From the NCBI GenBank assembly GCA_045159875.1, contig CP067995.1, positions 1,760,001 through 1,824,000 of the forward strand: a DNA stretch of 64,000 nucleotides, given 5' to 3'. The notes below the pieces were generated by a model. It saw nothing but the letters and a program-made list of their open reading frames with translations, had not been told where the DNA came from and made no database searches. The translations under genes and the position numbers were made by a program. Each line of letters starts with the position of its first letter. The stretch's first letter is position 1. Source of the DNA: a cyanobacterium endosymbiont of Rhopalodia gibba. GTDB lineage: Bacteria; Cyanobacteriota; Cyanobacteriia; Cyanobacteriales; Microcystaceae. This document shows, piece by piece, positions 35,375 to 44,927 of this stretch.

Positions 35375-35413
35375 TAAAGCCACAATATTAACATAATTAA
35401 TATTGTGGCTTTA
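35375..35413. repeat. Inverted repeat, 17-bp perfect arms, 5-nt loop
   Basis: taaagccacaatattaa-cataa-ttaatattgtggcttta. Confidence 0.93.
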
Positions 35414-36275
35414 TTTCCTGAATTTAAGGGAAAATAAAATTTCCACGATGACTATTTTTATTCAAATCAGCTTGTGACTACCTAATTTTTAAAACGATTA
35501 ATTTTTATTAAATTGAATGAAATAAATAGAGAGGTTTAATCCTGATTTTTTTAGAGGTTATTTAAGTAATAATGTACGATATATATCACAAAAAAATAAT
35601 TTTAAATAGCTTTTTTATAAAAACAATTATGCATCACCAGTACTTACAGTAATATTTTATTATTTCATCTTTTATTTGAATTTTAAAAAAACTATTTTAG
35701 GAATTTGTTCAACCTCGAAAGTGTAACCTATAATTTGGATAGTATCTCACAATAAAATACCCCAAAAACTTTAAATAATATTAAATATATAAAATATTTT
35801 TCAGGTTTTATTTTAAAAATAGGGCTCTTTTAGACTTGCGAAAATATTTCAATTAGTTAAGATTAAAAGGTTTATTCTATAAAATTTATTTAAGTAAAAA
35901 ACTAAAAAAAATAATTATTTTAAAACTAATTTAAATGACAAATTAGATAAGAAAAAGTATACTAACAAATAGTTTGTATGAAAAAAATAATTTTAAAATC
36001 AGTTAGTTAATCCCTGAGTACTACGATATATAAGACAAGAAATAAATTAAGTTTAGATAACAAAAAATATCTAAGATGGCTGCTGGTATTTAGCAAATCT
36101 AATTTAAGTACTAGTATTGCTGAGAGTTAATCTAAAATATTTAATGGATTAATTGGCTACTATCTTCTAGTACATAAAGTCTAAAACTATGATAGTTATC
36201 TTGAGTCATTATCTATCATCCAAAACTTACACATACTACAAAACAATAGGAAAGTTAACCGAGAGCTAATTGATA

Positions 36276-36309
36276 TAATTATACTTTTTTATCTAAAAAA
36301 GTATAATTA
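36276..36309. repeat. Inverted repeat, 15-bp perfect arms, 4-nt loop
   Basis: taattatactttttt-atct-aaaaaagtataatta. Confidence 0.88.
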
Positions 36310-36791
36310 CTGATAATCTCAGAGAGAATCTAGTATAGATAGATATTGTACTTAAAGTTTTTCCACTAACCTGACTCAATTAAATTGTCAACTGTTATGT
36401 TAAATAACTAGTAATGACTTGCTCGGTTAAGAATTACTATTGTGCTAAACTAACTAAAGTGACAAAAGCATATATAGGAGTCATCAAAACTTTTAAGTTC
36501 AGAAGTAGTGGCTAATTTATGAGAATAAAATAAAAGGAATAGAACTAGAAAGAGTTCAGAGAAGATAAACTGCTAGTAATTTAGATTTTTTACGATTGCT
36601 GACTTCAAATTAAATGAGTATTTTTTAATTTTACTGAATAACTCTTAAATATCAGGGAGTAGACTAAAGACATAATTCAGAATTATGACTAAAAATTGAT
36701 TAACTCAGTCCAATTATCCAGCATATCTGTCAAAAAAAATAATTGACTATCTGTTAATAAAATATTTAGTTTAACCAAAATTTATTAGAAA

Positions 36792-37748
36792 ATGGAAGTA
36801 GAGTTAATCGTAATAGAAAAAAGTGACCGTCTTGATCGTTGGTTATCTCAACATTTAAAAGACATCTCCCGATCACGTCTCCAAAAACTAATTCAACAAG
36901 GGAATGTTCAAGTTAACCATAAAATTTGTACTAATAAAAAAACTAAAGTTAATTTAGGCGATCATCTCCTTATCTCTTTTCCTCCTCCTCAACCATCCAA
37001 TCTTGAACCCGAACCTATTCCCCTTGATATTCTTTACGAAGATGACTCCCTCATTATCATTAACAAACCCGCAGGATTGGTTGTTCATCCAGCCCCTGGA
37101 CATCGCACTAGAACATTAGTCCATGGACTCTTGTATCATTTTCCTAAATTAGCAGGAATTGCCGGAGTACAACGACCAGGGATTGTCCATCGTCTTGATA
37201 AAGATACAACAGGGGCGTTAATGGTAGCAAAAACTGATTATGCCCACCAGCACCTACAAAGTCAACTGAGAACAAAAACAGCGCGACGAGAGTATTTAGG
37301 GGTAGTTTATGGTGTTCTTCATTTTCAGTCACAGGAGAATGTTTCTACTCACGATCAGAAGGAACATGGAACAATTAATTTACCTATTGGCCGTCATCGA
37401 GTTAATCGCAAAAGAATGGCAGTGGTTCCTGTGGAAAAAGGGGGACGCGAGGCGGTTACTCATTGGGAAATGTTAGAAAAGTTAGGGAACTACACGCTAG
37501 TTAAATTTCGCCTAGAAACTGGACGCACCCATCAAATACGAGTTCATAGTAGTTATATTGGTCATCCTATTGTAGGGGATCCACTGTATTCCTCTAAAGG
37601 ATCGGTCGGAGTAAATTTACCAGGTCAGGCTTTACACGCTCATAAGTTGAGTTTAGAACATCCAGTGACAGGAAAGCAAATTGAGGTGGTCGCGCCTCTT
37701 CAAGAGGCTTTTACTAAACTTTTAAACACATTGCGTAAACGATGTTAA
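36792..37748 (+). CDS. rluD: RluA/RluD-family rRNA pseudouridine synthase
   Basis: S4 domain, INKPAGLVVHP, HRLDKDTTG, ETGRTHQIRVH, GDPLY. Confidence 0.93.
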   Translation: MEVELIVIEKSDRLDRWLSQHLKDISRSRLQKLIQQGNVQVNHKICTNKKTKVNLGDHLLISFPPPQPSNLEPEPIPLDILYEDDSLIIINKPAGLVVHPAPGHRTRTLVHGLLYHFPKLAGIAGVQRPGIVHRLDKDTTGALMVAKTDYAHQHLQSQLRTKTARREYLGVVYGVLHFQSQENVSTHDQKEHGTINLPIGRHRVNRKRMAVVPVEKGGREAVTHWEMLEKLGNYTLVKFRLETGRTHQIRVHSSYIGHPIVGDPLYSSKGSVGVNLPGQALHAHKLSLEHPVTGKQIEVVAPLQEAFTKLLNTLRKRC

Positions 37749-37959
37749 AACGCTTGATAAAAAACGGTAAAAATTTATTTTTATTTAAAAAAAATAAGCT
37801 AGGTTTTTGAATTAAATATTGAGTAAATTTAGCTATAAAAATACTTTTTGTATAGATAAATCTCTAAATTTAATTTCGTCACTTGACAACTATTTTATTC
37901 TAAAATTCAAAAAATAAAGTTATTTTTTGAACTAGATTTAAACGATGAGTAATTAAAGA

Positions 37960-38960
37960 GGTTACTAAGTCCATTTAATTGCCATTTTCGCGTAGTTCGT
38001 TTAGAGACTCATGACTATGTTAAAATTTTAGAAAATATAGTACTTCAGAGACAAACAGTCTATCGCTTAGTTGAGCAACTAAAAGCACAAAATTTTTTTC
38101 CTGATTCAATTTATAACTATTCAGGATGGGAAGTTGCTTTATTCATTTAAAATGCCTTTCCTAAAGTAAAATTTTTGTACTTTTTTTAATAGTTTTATGA
38201 TGTCTATAAAAGCAATGTAGACTTTAATCCAGAGTATCTCTTAAATAGAAATGATAAAGCCAGAATTAGAATAAAAATTTTTTTATTTTAATGGATTTAT
38301 ATATATTTGTGCTCGTGGTCTATCTTCTACCTATTGACAATGGCAACAATTTCTACCAGAGTTTCAATAAAAAACTACGATCTGTCATGATGGGATTGAT
38401 ATTAAGTTTTAAAAGCCAAAACATAAATTCTGGATTTATTAGAAGCAGATGAAATTATTACTTATGTAGCGAGAGGAATGGAACCCTGTCGCGGGTTTCC
38501 TCTGTTTATGGAAACTGTCACCATTTTACAGAAACGACAACCCAATTGTAATACGGTTGTTGTGGGACGAGATATAGTGGCTTATGGGCGATCACTCCCA
38601 GATGGAAAGACCTGTAAACAATTAATTTTAGAAACTTTTTCTTTAGACTTATCACGCCTTCATTTTACGGGATGGCTAGTCTATTAGCACTATTGCAAAG
38701 TGTTCCAAGTATCCTCCCTTCATAGCTACTTGACCTTTCTTTTTGTTCTGTCTTGGTCAATGTTAGAAGTCATTTCTACCGGATGTTTAATTATCGGTTC
38801 AGATACTGCCCCATTAAAGAAATAATTGAGGATAGCCTTAATTGATTATTAGTTAATTTTTTTTACTTAAAATTATTAATAATGGTGTAAAAGAGATATT
38901 ACATTATCCTAATCAATAGCGTTTGTACAAGTTAAAACTAGTAAACTATATCTAAAAATG
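37960..38960 (+). pseudogene. Glycosyltransferase family 4 pseudogene
   Basis: HDGID, ITYVARGMEPCRGFPLFME, LHFTG, FVLSWSMLE..STGCLIIGSDTAP with many stops and frameshifts. Confidence 0.85.
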
Positions 38961-39265
38961 ATTCAATGCAATTACTTTATAGTCCTAGTTGAGGGTCTAA
39001 AAAAATATAAAATACTTTGCAGCAAGTCTCTAAAATTTCTCTCTAACAAAGCTAAAATTTTAAATATAAATCCTGAATAAAGTAATGTCCATAGTGTCTA
39101 AAAATATTAGAGATATAGACCATAAAACTAGACACAGAAAGTTTTTGAAGAGCATAGAGGTTAAAGATTTACAAAGAATACTGTTTGAGTCAACAGATAA
39201 ACAGCACACTGAAGCAAAGACATAAAGTTAAAGTTACTCCAGTCAATAGGTGTGGAAAAAATATT

Positions 39266-40608
39266 ATGAGTATCGCCACAATCAACCCAACAACAGAAAA
39301 CCCCTTAAAAACCTTTGAACCACTGACAGACTCAGAAATTAAAGCCAAACTTGCACTAGCGGATAAAACCTTTAAAGGGTATCGTCAAACGATAATGGCA
39401 CAACGAAGTTGATGCTTAAACAACTCGGCTGACATCCTAGAAAAGGACTATCGTAAATTTGCCAAATTTATAACCATGGAAATGGGTAAATCTCTCAAAG
39501 AGGCCATGTCCGAAACTCAAAAATATGCTTTTTTTTGCTGTTTTTATACTGAAAATACCCTTAATTTCTTAAAGATGTTCCAGTAACTACCGATGCTAGT
39601 CTTAGCCTTCTTTGCTATCAACTTCTGGGGATAATTTTAGCAGTTATGCCCTGAAATTTTTCTTCCTGACAAGACTTTCCCTTTCCGGCGCCCGCGTTAA
39701 TGGGAGGTAATGTAGGTCCTCATAAACATGCTTCCAACGTCCCTCAATAAACCTTAGCCATTGAAGTAATTTGAAAAGCTGCCAAATTTCCGGCAGAGGC
39801 ATTTCAAAGCTTCTTAATAGGGGCTTCTCAGCTCGAGTCCGTTCCGTTATAGCTGATGAGCGCGTTAAAGCGGGAATCTTAACTGGAAATGAATCAGCTG
39901 GAACTAGTTTTGTATCTACAGCTGGCAAAAATATAAAAAACCCGTATTGGAATTGGGAGGAGCGATCTCTTCATTATCTTAGACAGTACCGATATTGAAT
40001 CGGCTGCTACTGCTGCGGAATCGTGTATTGCCGCAAAAAGCTTGATCCTAGTCGAGTTAGTAGCTGATCGTTTTGAATAACTTTTAGTAGAAAAATTTTA
40101 AACCCTGAAAATAGGTGATCCCATGTCAGAAGAAATAGACGTTGGTCCTTTAGTCATTCCTAGAATTCTTCAAAATATTGATCAACAAGTCCAAGAAACC
40201 GTAACAAAAGAGGCTAAAATTTTAGTGTGTGGCCAACCTGATCACGATTGTACTGGAAACTTTTATCCTCCAACTATTTTAAAAGACATTCCTGTAGATT
40301 CTCCCGGTTATAGTGATGAATTTTTTGTCCCTGTTGCATTGCTCTTTCAGGTTGAAAATATCGACGAAGCTATTGAATTAGCTAACAGTACCATTTTAAA
40401 TTGAGAAGCTAGTGGTTGAACTAACAATCCTGCAGAACAAGAAAGATTAGTCGAAAAGATTGAAGCTGGATACGTCTTTATCAATGGACTTGTCAAATTT
40501 GACCCTCGTTTGCCGTTTGTGGGCATCAAGCGATCAGGTTACGGACGAGAATTAAGTATCCAAGGTATTCGAGAATTTGTTAACGTAAAGACTATTTAGA
40601 TTAAGTAA
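39266..40608 (+). pseudogene. gabD: Succinate-semialdehyde dehydrogenase pseudogene
   Basis: [57 protein letters not shown]; many stops and frameshifts. Confidence 0.92.
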
Positions 40609-40784
40609 TTAATGTGGTCACACTGAGCAGTTTACCTCAAGTATCTTTAGATAGTTTAGATACAAATTCCACTATTATAAAGTCCGAAGGAAACTATTAA
40701 AAGATATCTCCCCTTCAGGAAAAACTGCCCAGACCCAGAGCTCACTCATATTAAAATGATTTATCAATCTCGGGGATAGAAATT

Positions 40785-42468
40785 ATGGGGGGACCAACAA
40801 CAGCTCAATTACTGGTTGAATGTCTAGATAATGAGGGAGTAGAATACATTTTTGGACTTCCTGGGGAAGAAAATCTTCATGTTCTCGAAGCATTGAAGCA
40901 TTCTTCGATTAAATTTATCACCACTCGTCATGAACAAGGAGCAGCCTTCATGGCTGACATCTATGGCCGATTGACGGGAAATCCAGGGGTGTGTTTATCC
41001 ACTCTTGGTCCAAGAGCAACCAATTTGATGACAGGACAGGAGTAGCTGATGCTAACCTCGATGGCGCGCCATTAGTAGCTATCACAGGACAGGTGGGAAC
41101 TGATCGTATGCACACTGAGTCTCATCAGTACTTAGATTTAGTAGTCATGTTTGCTCCAGTAACCAAATGGAATAAACAAATTGTTCGTCCTAGTATTACG
41201 CCTGAGATTACTAGAAAAGCATTTAAAATCGCTAAAAATGGAAAACCGGGGCAGTTCACATTGATTTACCGGACAATATTGCTGCGATGCCCGCTTTTGG
41301 TGCTCCTATTAAGCGGAATGGTCAAGAAAAAACCTACGCTTCTTATCGTAGTTTGAATGCAGCGGCTCTGGCCATTTATAAAGCCAAAAACCCCTTAATT
41401 TTGGTAGGGAATGAAACCATTCGCGCCCAGTCCAGTAAAGCGTTAACGGAATTTATCACTACCTTGAATATTCCAGTGGTCAATACCTTGATGGGCAAAG
41501 GGGCACTTCCTTATACTCATCCCTTGGCCTTATGGACTTTAGGGTTACAGCAACGGGATTTAATTAGTTATGCCTTTGAAAAGTGCAGCTTAGTGATCGC
41601 TGTAGGGTACGACCTAATTGAATATTCTCCTAAAACATGGAACCCTGAGAGGACAACTCCCATTATCCACATCGGCATGGAAACGGCTGAAATTGATAGC
41701 AGTTATATTCCTTTAGTAGAAGTGGTCGGTGATATTTCTGATTCCTTGATGGATATTCTCTAACGGGCTGATCGCCAAGGAAAATCAACAGGGATTTGGA
41801 CAAGTTTACGAAAAGAAATTGTCGCTGACTATAAACAAAACAGTATGCTTATGATGAAGAGTATCCCATTAAACCACAAAAGATTATTTATGATCTACGT
41901 CAGGTAATGGAATGGGTCCAGAAGATATTAGAATTTCTGATGTGGGAGCGCATAAAATGTGGATTGCTCGCCATTACCACTGTGATACTCCAAATACCTG
42001 TTTAATTTCTAACGGATTTGCTGCCATGGAAATCGCTATTCCGGGGGCAAATAGCAGCTAAATTTTACCCTGATAAGAAGGTAAGTAGCCGTGACAGGAG
42101 ACGGCAGGTTTATGATGAATTGTCAGGAATTAGAAACCGCTTTACGAGTCGGAACTTCCTTTGTCACCTTGATTTTTAACAACAATGCTCATGGGTTAAT
42201 TGAATGGAAACAACTTAACCAGTTTGGAGAATCAGTCTTTATTAGATTTAGCAATCCTGATTTTGTTAAATTTACTGAAAGTATGGGATTAAAGGGATAT
42301 CGAGTTGAGTCGGCAACCGACTTAATTCCTACTTTAAAGACTGCTTTAGAACAAGATGTTCGCGCAGCTATTGATTGTCCCGTTGATTATGGTGAAAATA
42401 TCCGTTTCTCCCAAAAGTCAGGAGATTTAAAATGTAGAGTGGGCATAGCCTATTCGAGAAGAGATTAA
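40785..42468 (+). pseudogene. ThDP-dependent acetolactate-synthase-like enzyme (cyanobacterial 2-oxoglutarate decarboxylase type) pseudogene
   Basis: FGLPGEENL, TRHEQGAAFMA, DVGAHKMWIAR, TGDG.FMMNCQE; split by frameshifts; adjacent to SSADH. Confidence 0.88.
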
Positions 42469-42505
42469 AAATCGCGATTTTTTCAGTAAAATACACCAAG
42501 CTGTT

Positions 42506-43063
42506 ATGATCAAATCACTTAATGAGTCCACCCACTATTACAAATGATCGCCTTATTTTTCGTCAAGAAATTTTAGGGTCTTGCCGCTTCAGTAATATTT
42601 GGTGGAGAATAGCAGCCTCAGCAAGAAAATTGATGTTTTTTCAGCTGAACTGTTGAGCTATTCCAAGATCAACCTTCTCGTCGTTAGAGACACAAGTGGA
42701 CTTCAATTTATCTTTCAAGGAATAGCTCTTCTATTCTATGGAATGGAATTGACTATGTCTCTGCTCTACCATCATTTTAAACATCGGAGAAGGCTATGCC
42801 GAATTCAATAGGGAAACGGGGAAATTAACTATATTTCACTGGGAGTTTCCTGGGAAAAACATCGTATCGAATTCAAAGATGTCCAAGCTATACGGACTGA
42901 TATAAAATAAGGGTTAAATGTCAAACAAAAACTCTATGTACGGCTGAAGCAATATAGAAAAGTTTTCCTGACTCGCACAGGACGATCCATCTTACTTTTA
43001 AGACTGGAAAACCAAGAGGCTAAATTGGCTGATTTGGGGTGGGTTCTCCTCTAGGACTTATAA
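42506..43063 (+). pseudogene. ycf4: Photosystem I assembly protein Ycf4 pseudogene
   Basis: RQEILGSCRFSNIWW, LQFIFQGIALLFYG, NIGEGYAEFNRETG, WEFPGK, LTRTG; stops and frameshifts; directly upstream of a cyclophilin. Confidence 0.9.
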
Positions 43064-43094
43064 TAATTGCCAACCCTAGCATTAGAAAATTGAA

Positions 43095-43838
43095 ATGAAA
43101 AAATTACTACAGCGTTGGTCAACTATCTTAGCTTGTTTAGTTTTAGTTGGCAGTTTACTCTTAACGGGATGTTCTAGCCCGTCGGCAACTTCTTCTAATA
43201 CCAATACTAGCGAAAACTCAACTCAATCAATGCTAACTGGTGAAGGGAATCAATTGGATATGGACAATCATGTCCCTAGACTCGAAGGCAAAGCAATAGT
43301 AGAAATGATTATCAATGGCTCTCCCGTTAAAATTGAAGTCAATGGAAAAGATGCTCCCATCACCGCCGGAAATTTCGTTGATTTGGTTAACCGCGGCTTT
43401 TACAATGGATTAACTTTCCATCGGGTAGTTAAAGAACCCCAACCTTTTGTCGCTCAAGGAGGAGATCCCCAAGGAACTGGAACTGGCAGTTTTGTTGATC
43501 CTGATACAAAGAAAACTCGTTATGTTCCCCTTGAAATTAAGTTAGAAGGAGATGAAAAACCTATCTATGGTAGGACTTTAGGTCGACAAGGAGCTTCTGT
43601 CAAAAAAACTGTAGTTCTGCCCCATACCCGTGGCGCTGTAGCCATGGCTCGATCTCAGATGCCTAATACTGCCTCTTCCCAATTCTATTTTGCTCTGTCA
43701 GATTTAACTTTTCTTGATGGAGACTATGCTGTATTTGCTTATGTCACTGAAGGAATGGCTACTGTGGATAGCCTTCAACAGGGAGATCATATTAATTCAG
43801 CTAAAGTAATTTTTGGATTAGAAAACCTAAAACAATAA
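43095..43838 (+). CDS. Cyclophilin-type peptidyl-prolyl isomerase (lipoprotein)
   Basis: Lipobox [32 protein letters not shown]. Confidence 0.95.
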   Translation: MKKLLQRWSTILACLVLVGSLLLTGCSSPSATSSNTNTSENSTQSMLTGEGNQLDMDNHVPRLEGKAIVEMIINGSPVKIEVNGKDAPITAGNFVDLVNRGFYNGLTFHRVVKEPQPFVAQGGDPQGTGTGSFVDPDTKKTRYVPLEIKLEGDEKPIYGRTLGRQGASVKKTVVLPHTRGAVAMARSQMPNTASSQFYFALSDLTFLDGDYAVFAYVTEGMATVDSLQQGDHINSAKVIFGLENLKQ

Positions 43839-43861
43839 TTTCTAGAAGTTTAATACTAAAA

Positions 43862-44012
43862 TGCTGGGCCTGGGCCGATTTGAATGACTCGTTGATGATG
43901 GCTTTAGTAAAACTGAGTATAAAACAGTCCTGAGGTTTAAGTCCGTTGGCTGATTCAACAGACTGTAGTTGCTGAAAGTCTGCAACTACGCTATCGCTAA
44001 TTCGCAGGATCC
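43862..44012 (+). ncRNA. Candidate structured non-coding RNA, family unidentified
   Basis: GC-richer island with nested stems (cctg/cagg, gatggc/gctatc, ttagt/actga, cagtc/ggctg, gtagttgc/gcaactac); wobbles are G-U on the + strand. Confidence 0.5.
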
Positions 44013-44039
44013 TTACCTTTTAATTTTAAAGTGACGGAA

Positions 44040-44820
44040 AATTATGGACAGAAAGAGAGACAGTAGCTCTATGGTAAAAACAGCATTTATTAAAGTCTGG
44101 TGCTATGCAGATAAAATCTCGTACCAGTCCTACCGCAGTATTTCGTGATTCAGATCGCTTCCATAGTCAGGATATTAAACTGTTCAAACATTTTATACAT
44201 AACGGGTTCTTCCCCATTGCAAGAAAGCATTTCTTGATTTAATCAGATATAATCGTTTTGTGGACTTATGTCTTAGACAATGGCGTTGCTATGCTGTTTT
44301 TATAGATTTGCAAAAGCTAAATTATACGGATAAGTTTTATCGATTCTACTCTGATAGAGGTCTTTCGTCAGGTCCTCAAGAATAGAGCGCTTTCTGTTCT
44401 TGAGAGACGAGAAGGTTCTATAGAGTATGTTTTTGTTCAAAAATACTTTAAAAGACTATCTTAAAAAGTACTTCAAGCAACTGCTTGTTATCTATAAAGA
44501 ATTAAGAAAAAGTCAGTTTAACTGATTTAGTAAAGTTTTGCTTCATAGGCGTTCTTTGATTAAAACGGTTAACGATAAACCTAAAAAGATCTCTCAGATT
44601 CAATGTCACAAAGTATTTGTGATTATTTTATTAACTTTTTTACTCGACTGATTGCTTATACTTACTTGCCGAAAAAACCTTTTCTCAATTTAGGAGAACA
44701 AGATAAGCTAGTTTTGTCTCCCACTATTTGAAATAACCATTGTAGTTTTTATTATTGGCGGTTGTTACTTGAGAGAATCGTTAACTTTGTTGTTTTTTAA
44801 CATAAGTTAAACTTACGTCA
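44040..44820 (+). mobile_element. Decayed IS982-family insertion sequence
   Basis: Transposase fragments LIRYNRFVDL, ISFIDSTLIEV, LLHRRSLIKTVNDKPKKISQIQ, LIAYTYLPKKPFLNL; boundaries approximate. Confidence 0.8.
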
Positions 44821-44927
44821 TCTTGATCATAGATATAACGCTGAGAGGACAAGTTCAATATAAAATCAAAGGCAATAACTCCTATACCGAAATTAGTTTG
44901 TGTGCCTTCTGTGTGCTTTCGAAAATT

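Noticed and set aside
39646..40608. TGA-to-Trp recoding that would rescue the broken genes
   Set aside because: TAG stops and frameshifts occur in the same genes, intact genes use TGG for Trp, and TGA terminates intact genes such as spoT and the TolC-family gene.
40785..42468. Programmed frameshifting or a split multi-gene operon
   Set aside because: Breaks are numerous, fall mid-domain and several are explained by 5-bp duplications; this is one pseudogene.
43925..43952. tRNA or tmRNA because of a T-loop-like ggtttaagtcc
   Set aside because: No acceptor stem, D arm or anticodon arm at tRNA spacing; kept only as part of an unidentified structured element.
44823..44927. N-terminal extension of Ppk1 (similar extensions in the ABC ATPase, SpoT, hydrolase and IMPase ORFs)
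   Set aside because: They come from upstream TTG starts chosen by the ORF caller; family similarity begins at downstream ATGs.
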